The notes beneath the pieces were generated by a model that made no database searches, was not told where the DNA came from, and saw only the letters and a program-made list of their open reading frames with translations. Source: Pseudomonadota bacterium (GTDB taxonomy: Bacteria; Pseudomonadota; Alphaproteobacteria; Rhodobacterales; Rhodobacteraceae). Taken from it: a DNA stretch of 64,000 nucleotides. The stretch lies in contig JBCCVD010000012.1 in assembly GCA_039195745.1 (NCBI GenBank), positions 39,100-103,099 of the forward strand, in the 5' to 3' direction. Numbering within the stretch: the stretch's first letter is position 1; the number at the start of each line of letters is the position of its first letter. Shown here piece after piece: positions 1 through 9,806 of this stretch. A program made the position numbers and the translations under genes.

Positions 1-5
1 GCACC

Positions 6-788
6 ATGACACAGAGCACAGATATACCTGACGTCGAAGAGGTTTTGAAAATCTCTGACCCCGGCGAAGTGGGTCGAGAAACGCACGGATTTTTCGACCG
101 GCTGATGATCAATATCGGCAATGTCACGTCGTGGCTGTTCCCGATCCTGATGTTTGCCATTGTCAGCCAGGTTTTCCTGCGCGGTGCTGGCAATAACCAG
201 GCCTGGCTGGATGACTTTCAGTGGTGGCTCTACGGCTTCGCGATGCTGACCGCCTTTGGCTACGCAATCACCACAAACAGTCATGTGCGGGTCGATATCT
301 TTCACCAGAATTTCTCGGACCAGAAGAAGGCCAAGATCGAAGTTTTCGCCATCGGCTGGCTGCTTTTGCCTTTCATCGCGATCATGACAGATGTTCTGGT
401 GCATTACGCCTGGCAGTCCATCGTCTCGGGGGAGGGGTCAAGCTCCCCCAATGGCTTGCACCGGGTCTACCTGCTGAAAGCCACATTGCCGGTTTTGTTC
501 CTGCTGGCAGGTCTCGCGGCCTGGGCGCGTTTTAAACACAACATGCGCCAGTTCACGGATACAGGACTGGCCAGCCAGCTGATCTGGATGCTGCCCACTG
601 CGATATTTGTGGGCTGGCGGCTGGTTCATTACGCGGCCTATTGGGTGATTTTCTTCACCAATTCCGAGGTCAAGCCTCGCCGGATCACGCGGGAACCCTT
701 CTTTGACTACGCCCTAAGCGTCGCGGCTGTAAGTGTCGTTGCCCTGATTGTGTTGGGTCTTGTGATCCGCAAACGCAAGGACGCCTGA
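6..788 (+). CDS. dctQ: TRAP transporter small permease (DctQ-like) with C-terminal extra TM extension
   Basis: WxxDxxWWLYG...HVRVDIF motif typical of DctQ; 260 aa; directly upstream of a DctM-like gene; true start may lie upstream of the window. Confidence 0.85.
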   Translation: MTQSTDIPDVEEVLKISDPGEVGRETHGFFDRLMINIGNVTSWLFPILMFAIVSQVFLRGAGNNQAWLDDFQWWLYGFAMLTAFGYAITTNSHVRVDIFHQNFSDQKKAKIEVFAIGWLLLPFIAIMTDVLVHYAWQSIVSGEGSSSPNGLHRVYLLKATLPVLFLLAGLAAWARFKHNMRQFTDTGLASQLIWMLPTAIFVGWRLVHYAAYWVIFFTNSEVKPRRITREPFFDYALSVAAVSVVALIVLGLVIRKRKDA

Positions 789-792
789 TCCG

Positions 793-2238
793 ATGCAGCT
801 TCTCTCTCTGATTTCCTTCATGGACCTCAATCAATGGATGGTCCTGATGATGTTCATCGTCTTCATCGTAATGCTGTTTCGCGGCATTCCGGTGGCCTAT
901 GCGTTGGTGGGCGTTTCGCTGATCTTCATCGTGCTGGCAGAGTTCATTCTGGACCCCGCCGCCGATGCGATCCAGCAATATATCGAATATGACGAGACCC
1001 GGATCGCCTATCGCAAGATGTTCGCCAATGCGGGCCGCTTCTTCGGTGGCGTGATCCAGAACCCCGTTCTCGTAGCTTTGCCGATGTTTATCTATATGGG
1101 GTTGATGCTAGACCAGTCCGGTGTCGCGCAGCGGATGATGCAATCCATGCAGGTCCTCTTTGGTGCGCTGCGCGGCGGTCTGGCGCTGTCGGTCATGCTG
1201 ATCGGTATCATCCTTGCGGCCTCTACCGGGGTCGTCGGGGCTTCTGTTGTGCTTTTGGGCGTCATGGGCCTGCCCACGATGATGGCGCAGAATTACTCCA
1301 AAAACGTGGCGACGGGCACGATTGCGGCTTCCGGCACTTTGGGCATCTTGATCCCGCCTTCGATCATGTTGGTGATCATGTCAGACCAATTGGCGATCAG
1401 CCTTGGCGATCTGTTCATGGGTGCATTGTTCCCAGGCCTCTTGCTCGGTGGGCTTTACATTGCATTCATCATCGTCTGGGGGCTGCTGAACCCAAAATCC
1501 ATGCCCCTGCCGGAGAACCGCGAACCTGTAACCATGAAGGTCGTGGGCGATGTGTTGCTATCGGTCATTCCGCCGATGTTCCTGATCCTGTTGGTCCTTG
1601 GCTCCATCTTCTTCGGATATGCGACCCCGACAGAGGCCTCCGGCCTCGGCGCCTTGGGAGCTTTGCTGCTGGCCTTGGGAAACCGCAAGCTCAACAGCAA
1701 GGTCTTCAAGGATGTGATGCGCCAGACGCTGAACACGTCGGGTTACATCGTCGGTATCTTTATCGCCGCGAATTTCTTCGCCTATGTGATGCGGCTTTAT
1801 GGCGGGGATGAGATCATCAAGAACCTTGTGCTGGGCTCCTTCGAGAACCCCTATCTTGTCGTCATCTTCATCCTGACAATCATCTTCCTGCTGGGCTTCC
1901 TGCTCGATTGGATCGAGATAACGCTGATCATCATGCCTTTGATGCTGCCCGTGGTCCTTGGCCTTGATCTGGCCGTAGATGGCTACGGCGTGGTCGATAA
2001 TCCGGCGGTGGTCTGGTTCGCGATCCTCGTGGCCGTGACCTTGCAGACCTCTTTCCTGACGCCGCCCGTGGGCTTTGCGCTCTTCTATCTCAAAGGCGTT
2101 TGCCCGCCGGGCGTTACGCTGGCACATATCTACAAAGGCGTGATCCCCTTCGTGCTGTTGCAGTTGACCGGCCTGTTCATCGTGTTCGAATTTCCATGGC
2201 TCGTGACGTGGTTGCCTGCTATCGCTTACGGCAACTAA
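793..2238 (+). CDS. dctM: TRAP transporter large permease (DctM-like)
   Basis: Highly hydrophobic 481 aa; LVALPMFIYMG, GTLGILIPPS and TPPVG motifs. Confidence 0.93.
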   Translation: MQLLSLISFMDLNQWMVLMMFIVFIVMLFRGIPVAYALVGVSLIFIVLAEFILDPAADAIQQYIEYDETRIAYRKMFANAGRFFGGVIQNPVLVALPMFIYMGLMLDQSGVAQRMMQSMQVLFGALRGGLALSVMLIGIILAASTGVVGASVVLLGVMGLPTMMAQNYSKNVATGTIAASGTLGILIPPSIMLVIMSDQLAISLGDLFMGALFPGLLLGGLYIAFIIVWGLLNPKSMPLPENREPVTMKVVGDVLLSVIPPMFLILLVLGSIFFGYATPTEASGLGALGALLLALGNRKLNSKVFKDVMRQTLNTSGYIVGIFIAANFFAYVMRLYGGDEIIKNLVLGSFENPYLVVIFILTIIFLLGFLLDWIEITLIIMPLMLPVVLGLDLAVDGYGVVDNPAVVWFAILVAVTLQTSFLTPPVGFALFYLKGVCPPGVTLAHIYKGVIPFVLLQLTGLFIVFEFPWLVTWLPAIAYGN

Positions 2239-2261
2239 GCGATGTGATCACGGAGGGCGCA

Positions 2262-3716
2262 ATGTCCATCAAACCTCTCGGCCTGAACCCCGCACAATGT
2301 TTCATTGGCGGTGTTTGGTGTGACCCGGTCTCCGGTGAAACCCTGCCGCTGACCAACCCGTCTGATGGCAGCACCCTGTGCGACATTGCGCAGGGCGGGG
2401 CAGAGGATATCGACCGTGCCGTCGCCGCCGCTGAGGCCGCGATGGCGGGCGACTGGGGCCGCTCCACGGCCGTGGAGCGGTCACGCATCCTGTCAAAGCT
2501 GGGCCAGCTGGTTCTGGCAAATGCTGATGAGCTGGCCCGTCTTGAAGCGCTGGATGTCGGCAAACCGCTAAAGCAGGCGCATGCGGATGTCGTGGCTCTG
2601 GCGCGGTACATGGAGTTCTACGCAGGGGCCGCCGACAAAATCCACGGCAGCACCATTCCCTATATGGACGGCTACACGGTCTATACGTTGCGCCAGCCAC
2701 ATGGCGTGACAGGTCATATCGTGCCGTGGAATTACCCGATGCAGATCATTGGCCGCTCTGTTGGGGCCGCACTGACCATGGGCAATGCCTGTGTGTTGAA
2801 ACCTGCGGAAGAGGCGTGCCTGACAGCGCTGGCCTTCACCGAACTGGCGCGGCAAGCGGGCTTGCCTGCGGGCGCGCTCAACACTGTGCCGGGGCTAGGG
2901 CCTGTCGCGGGCGCGGCGCTGAGCGGTCATGAGGGCGTGCATCACCTTTCCTTCACAGGCTCTGTCGGCGTGGGCCGCCTGATCCAGCAAACCGCAGGCA
3001 CGAATGTCGTGCCGGTGACGCTTGAGCTGGGCGGCAAATCCCCGCAACTGGTGTTTGACGACGCTGATATCGACGCGGCACTGCCGTTCCTCGTCAATGC
3101 GGGCATCCAGAATGCAGGCCAGACCTGCTCTGCCTCCTCGCGCATCCTCGTGCAACGCGGCGTCTATGACCGCGTGGTGGAGGGGATGGCGGCGCGTTAC
3201 GGCAAGCTGGTCGCGGGGCCTGCGATGGACGATCTGGATGTCGGGCCGCTGGTTTCCGCCCGGCAGAAGACCATCGTAGAAGGGTTTCTGGATCAGGGCG
3301 CGGATTTGGAAATCGCGGCACGAGGCCAGATCACGCAGGGCGCGCCGGATGACGGTGCGTATGTTGCGCCGACGCTCTTTGCTGGAGTCGATCCAAATCA
3401 CAGCCTCGCACAGGACGAGATTTTCGGCCCCGTCCAGACGATCATCCCCTTTGAGGACGAGGCGGACGCATTGGCGATTGCGAATGGTACGAAATACGGC
3501 CTCGTTGCCTCCGTCTGGTCCGATAGCGGTGCGCGGCAGATGCGGCTGGCGAAGGCCTTGCGCGCGGGGCAAGTCTTCATCAACAATTATGGGGCAGGGG
3601 GCGGCGTGGAACTGCCCTTCGGGGGCACCGGCCTGTCAGGCCACGGCCGCGAAAAAGGGTTCGAGGCGCTTTACGGCTTCTCCACCCTCAAAACCGTTGC
3701 GGCCCTACACGGATAA
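2262..3716 (+). CDS. NAD(P)-dependent aldehyde dehydrogenase
   Basis: VPWNYP, FTGS, LELGGKSP, NAGQTCSA (catalytic Cys), EIFGPV; start moved to ATG 2262 after GGAGG at 2252-2256. Confidence 0.93.
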   Translation: MSIKPLGLNPAQCFIGGVWCDPVSGETLPLTNPSDGSTLCDIAQGGAEDIDRAVAAAEAAMAGDWGRSTAVERSRILSKLGQLVLANADELARLEALDVGKPLKQAHADVVALARYMEFYAGAADKIHGSTIPYMDGYTVYTLRQPHGVTGHIVPWNYPMQIIGRSVGAALTMGNACVLKPAEEACLTALAFTELARQAGLPAGALNTVPGLGPVAGAALSGHEGVHHLSFTGSVGVGRLIQQTAGTNVVPVTLELGGKSPQLVFDDADIDAALPFLVNAGIQNAGQTCSASSRILVQRGVYDRVVEGMAARYGKLVAGPAMDDLDVGPLVSARQKTIVEGFLDQGADLEIAARGQITQGAPDDGAYVAPTLFAGVDPNHSLAQDEIFGPVQTIIPFEDEADALAIANGTKYGLVASVWSDSGARQMRLAKALRAGQVFINNYGAGGGVELPFGGTGLSGHGREKGFEALYGFSTLKTVAALHG

Positions 3717-3727
3717 GGAGAACGCGC

Positions 3728-4456
3728 ATGCGTCTAGCGGGAAAAACAGCCATCGTCACCGGCGGCGCGTCGGGGTTTGGCGCAGGGATCACGCGCAAAT
3801 TCATCGCAGAGGGCGCAGAGGTGATGATCGCTGATCTCAACATCGAGGCCGCGGAAGAGCTGGGCGCACAAGCGGTGCAGACCAACGTTGCCGATGACGG
3901 GGATGTGCAAGCCATGATCGCGGCCACGCTGGAAGCATTCGGCAAGATCGACATCCTGATCAACAATGCAGGCACCACGCATTTGCCCACGGCGATGGAA
4001 GACGTGAGCGAGGCGGATTTCGACAAGGTCTTCGCCGTGAATTGCAAATCCGTCTATTTGACCGCCAAACATATCGTGCCCCTGATGAAGAAACAGGGCA
4101 GCGGCGCCATCCTGAACGTGGCCTCCACCGCAGGGGTCAGCCCGCGTCCGCGGTTGAACTGGTACAACGCATCGAAAGGCTGGATGAACACCGCGACCAA
4201 GGCGATGGCGGTGGAACTTGCGCCAGTAGGCATCCGCGTCAATGCAATCAACCCGGTGGCTGGTGAAACGCCGCTTCTCAAATCCTTCATGGGGGAAGAC
4301 ACGCCGGAGATACGCGCGAAATTCATCTCCACCATCCCCCTCGGGCGCTTCTCAACGGCGGAAGATATGGGCAACGCGGCCTGCTATCTGTGCTCGGACG
4401 AAGCCTCCATGGTCACGGGTGTCTGCATGGAGGTTGACGGAGGGCGTTGCATCTAG
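3728..4456 (+). CDS. Short-chain dehydrogenase/reductase (FabG-like)
   Basis: TGGASGFG, NNAG and YNASK (YxxxK) motifs. Confidence 0.92.
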   Translation: MRLAGKTAIVTGGASGFGAGITRKFIAEGAEVMIADLNIEAAEELGAQAVQTNVADDGDVQAMIAATLEAFGKIDILINNAGTTHLPTAMEDVSEADFDKVFAVNCKSVYLTAKHIVPLMKKQGSGAILNVASTAGVSPRPRLNWYNASKGWMNTATKAMAVELAPVGIRVNAINPVAGETPLLKSFMGEDTPEIRAKFISTIPLGRFSTAEDMGNAACYLCSDEASMVTGVCMEVDGGRCI

Positions 4457-4486
4457 TTCTGTTTCCCTTGGCAAGAGGGGACCATC

Positions 4487-5686
4487 ATGCAGCCACCATC
4501 CAAAACCAGCTATGACGTCGTCATCGTCGGCGGGGCGATCTATGGCTCTTCCGTCGCGTGGTGGCTGTCGCGTAACCCGGATTTCGACGGCTCGATTCTG
4601 GTTGTAGAGCGGGACCCGACTTATGAATTCGCCTCTACCTCCCACACCAATAGCTGCATCCGGCAGCAATTCTCCAATGCTGTAAACATCCAGATCTCTC
4701 AATTTGGGGCGGAATTCATCCACGGGTTCAAAGACTTCATGGGCGTCGAAGATGCGCCAGAGATCGCGCTGCACAGCTACGGCTACATGTATCTCGCGGA
4801 TAATGAGGCGTTTGCGGCCAACCTTCAGGCCCAGCAGAAAACCCAAGCGAGCCTCGGGGCCGGGACCAAATACATGACGCGGGCAGAGATCGCAGCGGCC
4901 TATCCGTTCTACAATCTCGAAGACATCATCGGCGGCAATCATAACCTGATCAACGAAGGCTACTTTGACGGTGGCACGATTTTCGACTGGTGGAAACGCA
5001 GGGCAAAAGCGCAAGGCGTGGAGTATATCCACAACGAAGTGATCGCGATGACGCGCAACGCAAGCGGCACGCGCGTCGAAAGCGTGACATTGTCGACCGG
5101 CGAGGTGATCGCATGCAGCACCTCCGTCAATTGCTCCGGCCCGCGCGCCGTACTGACCTCCCGCATGGTGGGCATCGAGGTGCCGATTGAGCCGCGCAAG
5201 CGCTACACGTTCATTTTTGATGCAGAGACCCCGCTGGACCGCGGCCTGCCGCTGACAATTGACCCCTCCGGCGTGCATATGCGCAGCGATGGGCAGTATT
5301 ACCTGGCTGGATGCCCGCCCGATGAAGACCCCGCCGTGGAGTACACCGATTTCGTCGAAGATCATACGATCTGGCAACAGAAAGCCTGGCCCGCCATTGC
5401 CACGCGCGTTCCGGCCTTCGAAGCGGTGAAGTTGATCAATTCCTGGGTCGGGCATTATGCTTATAACACGCTTGATCAGAACGCCGTCATCGGCCCGCAT
5501 ACGGAAGTAGAGAATTTCATCTTCGTTAACGGTTTTTCCGGCCACGGCCTGCAGCAATCGCCCGCCTTGGGACGCGGCGTCGCGGAATGGATCGCCTACG
5601 GGGAATACCGCTCCATCGACCTTACCGCGTTTGGCTTCGGGCGGATTGAAAGCCAAACCGCGTTTCTGGAAAAAGCGGTGATCTGA
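4487..5686 (+). CDS. FAD-dependent oxidoreductase (DAO/sarcosine oxidase, FOXRED1-like)
   Basis: N-terminal GGAIYG dinucleotide fold, RQQFS motif, C-terminal GFSGHGLQ. Confidence 0.85.
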   Translation: MQPPSKTSYDVVIVGGAIYGSSVAWWLSRNPDFDGSILVVERDPTYEFASTSHTNSCIRQQFSNAVNIQISQFGAEFIHGFKDFMGVEDAPEIALHSYGYMYLADNEAFAANLQAQQKTQASLGAGTKYMTRAEIAAAYPFYNLEDIIGGNHNLINEGYFDGGTIFDWWKRRAKAQGVEYIHNEVIAMTRNASGTRVESVTLSTGEVIACSTSVNCSGPRAVLTSRMVGIEVPIEPRKRYTFIFDAETPLDRGLPLTIDPSGVHMRSDGQYYLAGCPPDEDPAVEYTDFVEDHTIWQQKAWPAIATRVPAFEAVKLINSWVGHYAYNTLDQNAVIGPHTEVENFIFVNGFSGHGLQQSPALGRGVAEWIAYGEYRSIDLTAFGFGRIESQTAFLEKAVI

Positions 5687-5691
5687 CGCGG

Positions 5692-5712
5692 CTGTCACAT
5701 TTGCCATGACAG
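5692..5712. promoter_or_regulatory. Candidate operator, CTGTCA-N9-TGACAG inverted repeat
   Basis: Perfect 6-bp inverted repeat about 50 nt upstream of the MBL-fold gene; short, could be chance. Confidence 0.25.
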
Positions 5713-5761
5713 GTAAGGGCGCGCTAAGATCCGGTTACAAGCGCAGCAGGGAGGTCACGCC

Positions 5762-6643
5762 ATGTCATATCCGGTCACTATGAACGTCACGCCCAAGGTC
5801 ACGGGACATTTTGATGAGGCGACGAACACGATCACCTACATCGTGCGCGATCCGTCCAGCAACCACTGCGCCATCATCGACAGCGTCATGGATCTGGACT
5901 ACGCGGCAGGGCGCATCACCCATGACCATGCCGATCAGCTGATCGCGCAGATCACAGAAGAAGGTCTGACGCTCGACTGGATTATCGAGACCCATGTGCA
6001 TGCTGACCATTTAAGCGCCGCGCCATACCTGCAAGAACAGCTCGGCGGCAAAATCGGTGTCGGCGCGAAAATCATGATCATTCAGGAGACCTTCGGCAAA
6101 GTCTTTAACGAAGGCACGGAATTCCAAAGAGACGGCTCGCAGTTCGACGCGCTGTTTGAGGATGGCGACACCTACATGATCGGCAATATGCAGGCCTTCG
6201 CGATGGACACGCCGGGTCATACGCCTGCCTGCATGGTCCATGTTATCGGCAACGCAGCCTTCGCAGGCGACACATTGTTCATGCCTGATGGTGGCTCTGC
6301 GCGTTGCGATTTTCCCGGTGGCGATGCAGGCGAGCTTTTCGACAGCATTCAAAAGGTTCTGTCCCTGCCTGATGAAATGCGCCTGTATATGTGCCACGAT
6401 TACGGCCCCGGTGGCCGCGCGATCGAGTGGGAGACCTCTGTCGCTGAACAAAAAGCCGACAACATCCATGTCGGTGGCGGCAAAACCCGCGAGGAATTCA
6501 TCAAATTCCGCACGGAGCGCGACGCGCAACTCTCCATGCCGAAGCTGATCATTCCGTCCTTGCAAGTGAACATGCGTGCAGGCGAAGTGCCCACCGATGA
6601 GAAGGGCAACCCGATGTTGAAAGTGCCGGTCAACGGGCTTTGA
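5762..6643 (+). CDS. MBL-fold hydrolase, persulfide dioxygenase (ETHE1/Blh-like)
   Basis: THVHADHL (HxHxDH), TPGHT, GDTLF..RCDFPGG, HDY motifs; GGGAGG RBS. Confidence 0.85.
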   Translation: MSYPVTMNVTPKVTGHFDEATNTITYIVRDPSSNHCAIIDSVMDLDYAAGRITHDHADQLIAQITEEGLTLDWIIETHVHADHLSAAPYLQEQLGGKIGVGAKIMIIQETFGKVFNEGTEFQRDGSQFDALFEDGDTYMIGNMQAFAMDTPGHTPACMVHVIGNAAFAGDTLFMPDGGSARCDFPGGDAGELFDSIQKVLSLPDEMRLYMCHDYGPGGRAIEWETSVAEQKADNIHVGGGKTREEFIKFRTERDAQLSMPKLIIPSLQVNMRAGEVPTDEKGNPMLKVPVNGL

Positions 6644-6770
6644 GTTTCAAACATCAACCAAATGGTTGAATATTGAGATCGACCGAAACGACCTGCTGTT
6701 GTCTCAAATCAGACCGGTGGCTATCTTTAAAGTCGTTTTTTATCAATGGCTTGAAGTGCATGCATGGCAA

Positions 6771-6799
6771 TTGACTCTCGCTGTCTCAAAACCTATCAC
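6771..6799 (+). promoter_or_regulatory. Candidate sigma70 promoter of the atp F0 operon
   Basis: TTGACT (6771-6776), 17-nt spacer, TATCAC (6794-6799), about 40 nt upstream of atpI. Confidence 0.45.
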
Positions 6800-6838
6800 T
6801 CCCGCAGACGACCGCGCGCGCTTTCAGGGGGTATTTTC

Positions 6839-7198
6839 GTGGCGACAGAGCCGGACAAAGAGGGCCTTGATGCGCTCAATGACCGGATCAAGGCGCTGAA
6901 AAAGACCCAAGAACCGGAAGCGCGGGCGGACGAGCATTATTCACAAGCCCATCTGGGCTGGCGGATGGTGATAGAATTGGTGGCCGGTATCTTGATCGGC
7001 TTCGGTATCGGATACGGGCTCGATTGGGTCTTTGGCACATTGCCGCTGTTTCTGGTGCTGTTCATATTGTTGGGTCTCGCAGCCGGCATCAGGACGATGA
7101 TGCGCACCGCGAACGAGATCCAAGACGATCAGTTGGCCCATGCGGCCCGGACGAAGAAAGATGCGGCCCCTGTGGCCCGCGAAAAGAAGGACGAGTGA
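6839..7198 (+). CDS. atpI: ATP synthase protein I (AtpI/AtpZ)
   Basis: [22 protein letters not shown] motif; GTG 6839 in frame with the listed ORF; first gene of the F0 operon. Confidence 0.85.
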   Translation: MATEPDKEGLDALNDRIKALKKTQEPEARADEHYSQAHLGWRMVIELVAGILIGFGIGYGLDWVFGTLPLFLVLFILLGLAAGIRTMMRTANEIQDDQLAHAARTKKDAAPVAREKKDE

Positions 7199-7199
7199 C

Positions 7200-7958
7200 G
7201 TGGCAGACGAAGCTAAAGGCGAAGAAGGCGGTCTCGTATTTCATCCCATGGACCAGTTTGAGGTCAAATCGCTCTTTGGCGATGGCCCGGTTGGCATGTT
7301 TACCATCACCAATGTGACGCTCTGGATGGCCCTGACGGTGCTCTGCATCATTGCGCTTCTCGTTCTGGGCACGCGCAAACGCGCGATTATCCCGTCCCGC
7401 ACGCAATCCGTGGCAGAGCTCGCCTACGGCTTCATCTTCAAAATGGTTGAGGATGTGGCTGGCAAAGAAGCGGTGAAATTCTTCCCGCTGGTCATGACGC
7501 TGTTTCTGTTCATCGTCTTTTCCAACTTCCTCGGTCTGATCCCGATGTCCTTCACAACGACCTCGCATATTGCGGTCACTGCGGTCATGGCGATGGGTGT
7601 GTTCCTGCTGGTCACATTCGTGGGCTTCTTCAAGCACGGCTTGGGCTTCCTCGGCATCTTCTGGATCAGTTCCGCACCTTTGGTTCTGCGGCCGATCCTG
7701 GCACTGATCGAAGTCATTTCTTACTTTGTGCGCCCGCTCAGCCACTCCATTCGTTTGGCGGGCAATATGATGGCGGGCCACGCGGTGATCAAAGTCTTCG
7801 CGGCCTTTGCGGCTGTGCTGGCGATCTCACCTTTTGCGATCGTGGCGATCACCGCCATCTACGCACTCGAAGTTCTCGTATCCTTCATTCAGGCATACGT
7901 GTTCGCAATTCTGACCTGCGTCTATCTGAAAGACGCGGTGAGCGATCCTCACCACTAA
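7200..7958 (+). CDS. atpB: F0F1 ATP synthase subunit a
   Basis: [13 protein letters not shown] (essential Arg), [13 protein letters not shown]; GTG start at 7200. Confidence 0.95.
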   Translation: MADEAKGEEGGLVFHPMDQFEVKSLFGDGPVGMFTITNVTLWMALTVLCIIALLVLGTRKRAIIPSRTQSVAELAYGFIFKMVEDVAGKEAVKFFPLVMTLFLFIVFSNFLGLIPMSFTTTSHIAVTAVMAMGVFLLVTFVGFFKHGLGFLGIFWISSAPLVLRPILALIEVISYFVRPLSHSIRLAGNMMAGHAVIKVFAAFAAVLAISPFAIVAITAIYALEVLVSFIQAYVFAILTCVYLKDAVSDPHH

Positions 7959-8004
7959 GGTCTGAACAACAATCACCGAAATTCCATCGTAAGGAGAAAA
8001 CACC

Positions 8005-8241
8005 ATGGAAGGCGATATCGTACAAATGGGCGCATATATCGGCGCAGGTCTGGCATGTACTGGCATGGGCGGCGCTGCTGTCGGTGTGGGTCACGTGGTA
8101 GGTAACTTCCTGTCCGGCGCATTGCGCAACCCATCTGCGGCTGCTGGTCAAACAGCGACCATGTTCATTGGTATTGCGTTCGCGGAAGCTCTGGGGATCT
8201 TCTCGTTCCTCGTCGCTCTGCTGCTGATGTTCGCAGTCTAA
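8005..8241 (+). CDS. atpE: F0F1 ATP synthase subunit c
   Basis: 78 aa, GxGxG repeats, RNP loop, FAEALGIF with proton-carrying Glu. Confidence 0.97.
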   Translation: MEGDIVQMGAYIGAGLACTGMGGAAVGVGHVVGNFLSGALRNPSAAAGQTATMFIGIAFAEALGIFSFLVALLLMFAV

Positions 8242-8264
8242 GACTTCAAAGCCATTCCTTACGC

Positions 8265-8296
8265 TTGGGCGAAACCGCTTATGCAGTTTCGCCCGA
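8265..8296 (+). other. Intercistronic stem-loop after atpE
   Basis: GGGCGAAAC (8267-8275) pairs with GTTTCGCCC (8286-8294); typical of mRNA stabilising or attenuating hairpins after high-stoichiometry cistrons. Confidence 0.6.
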
Positions 8297-8322
8297 AGTA
8301 AACCGGTTCTTTGGAGGCCATC

Positions 8323-8853
8323 ATGGCAAAAGAAACAACAGGAGAAGTGGTCGCGGACGCCCCAGGCATGCCGCAGCTCGACTTCTCGACATTTCCGAAC
8401 CAGATTTTCTGGCTCGTCGTCACGCTGATCGTGATCTACTTTGTGCTCTCGCGCATTGCACTGCCCCGCATCGGGTCGGTTCTTGCCGAGCGTTCAGGCA
8501 CGATCACCAATGACATCGCAGCGGCTGAAGAGCTGAAGCAAAAGGCGGTTGAGGCGGAAGAGGCCTATAACAAGGCCCTTGCGGATGCCCGTGTCGAGGC
8601 GGCCAAAATCGTGGCCGACACCAAGGCAGACATCCAAAAAGACCTGGACAAGGCCATTGCTGAAGCCGACGCAGAGATCGCAGCGCGCGCCGCAGAAGGT
8701 GAGAAAGTCATCGCTGGCATTCGCGAGAACGCTAAGGCCGATGCGGAGACGGTGGCCAAAGATATCGCCAAGGATATTGTCGCCCTCGTCGCACCCGGCA
8801 AGATTGATGCCAAATCAGTCACATCCGCTGTGACTGCGAAGATGAAGGGATGA
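8323..8853 (+). CDS. atpG: F0F1 ATP synthase subunit b'
   Basis: [17 protein letters not shown] motif, then TM and coiled coil; ATG 8323 after GGAGG (alphaproteobacterial atpG/atpF2 = b'). Confidence 0.92.
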   Translation: MAKETTGEVVADAPGMPQLDFSTFPNQIFWLVVTLIVIYFVLSRIALPRIGSVLAERSGTITNDIAAAEELKQKAVEAEEAYNKALADARVEAAKIVADTKADIQKDLDKAIAEADAEIAARAAEGEKVIAGIRENAKADAETVAKDIAKDIVALVAPGKIDAKSVTSAVTAKMKG

Positions 8854-9416
8854 GCGCGATGAAAAAGCTAATTGCCCTTTTGGCTTTGGTACCTGCGCCT
8901 GCACTGGCTGCTGGTGACAAGCCCTTCTTCTCACTGGCCAATACTGACTTTGTCGTCACCATTGCCTTCCTGCTGTTCATCGGCGTACTGGTCTATTTCA
9001 AAGTGCCCGCTCTGCTGATGGGGCTTCTGGACAAACGTGCAGAGACGATCAAGTCGGAACTGGATGAGGCCAAGGCCCTGCGTGAAGAAGCACAGACCAT
9101 TCTCGCCTCCTATGAGCGCAAGCATAAAGAGGTGACGGAACAATCCGAGCGCATCATCACGAACGCCAAAAAAGAGGCGCAGGCCGCGGCAGAACAAGCC
9201 AAGGAAGACCTGAAGCTGTCCATCGAACGGCGCCTTGCGGCTGCGGAAGAACAGATTTCTTCGGCTGAAGCGGCTGCAGTGAAGCAAGTCCGCGACCGGG
9301 CCGTAAGCGTTGCCATCGCTGCCGCAGCAGATGTAGTCGCTTCGAAAACTTCAGCGGCTGACCAGAATAAACTGGTCGATGACGCAATTGCCGAGGTGCA
9401 AACAAAGCTTCATTAA
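8850..9416 (+). CDS. atpF: F0F1 ATP synthase subunit b
   Basis: [25 protein letters not shown], Ala/Glu/Lys-rich coiled coil; ATGA overlap with b'. Confidence 0.92.
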   Translation: MSAMKKLIALLALVPAPALAAGDKPFFSLANTDFVVTIAFLLFIGVLVYFKVPALLMGLLDKRAETIKSELDEAKALREEAQTILASYERKHKEVTEQSERIITNAKKEAQAAAEQAKEDLKLSIERRLAAAEEQISSAEAAAVKQVRDRAVSVAIAAAADVVASKTSAADQNKLVDDAIAEVQTKLH

Positions 9417-9435
9417 ACTGCCTTGATCCAAATGC

Positions 9436-9479
9436 AAAAGCCCCGTTTGCCTGCCGGCCCTCGGGGCTTTTCTTCTTTT
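9436..9479 (+). terminator. Rho-independent terminator of the atp F0 operon
   Basis: AAAAGCCCCG (9436-9445) / CGGGGCTTTT (9462-9471) stem followed by TCTTCTTTT. Confidence 0.8.
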
Positions 9480-9541
9480 CTATGGGCGCTCTTGGATAGC
9501 TGAGCCCTCTTGCGGTTGCGGATTTTTGCTTTGTTGGCGAT

Positions 9542-9784
9542 GGGTTTGCATATTTTCAGCAGAAAGAAACGGCGCTACAGCGCCCTGTGTTCAGATGTAT
9601 CGACATCAGTCGCGGCGGAATGGATGCGCCCTGCCTCTCTCATCCTTGGGTAGGCGGAGTGGCAGGGCGACTTCTTCCTGCACGGCCATCGGCATGCCTG
9701 CCTGTACCGTGTCACAAAAATGCGCTGAGTCTGGTTAGAAAAATGTTACGTTCCGGCTTCTTTCTGCCTGAAATATGCAAATCC
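9542..9784. repeat. 243-nt element bounded by 27-nt imperfect inverted repeats (MITE-like or paired REP-like)
   Basis: 9542-9568 GGGTTTGCATATTTTCAGCAGAAAGAA versus 9758-9784 TTCTTTCTGCCTGAAATATGCAAATCC, 23/27 complementary; internal 9-bp stem 9627-9635/9661-9669. Confidence 0.6.
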
Positions 9785-9806
9785 GACCTCAGTCACATCC
9801 GCACCG

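Noticed and set aside
4352-5707. 451-aa minus-strand ORF, and similar long shadows at 24432-25337, 44714-45679, 18827-19636 and 61171-62031
   Set aside because: Each lies opposite a well-supported gene and reads as typical antisense sequence.
6839-9416. F0 genes without F1 genes
   Set aside because: Separate F0 and F1 operons are the normal arrangement in Rhodobacterales.
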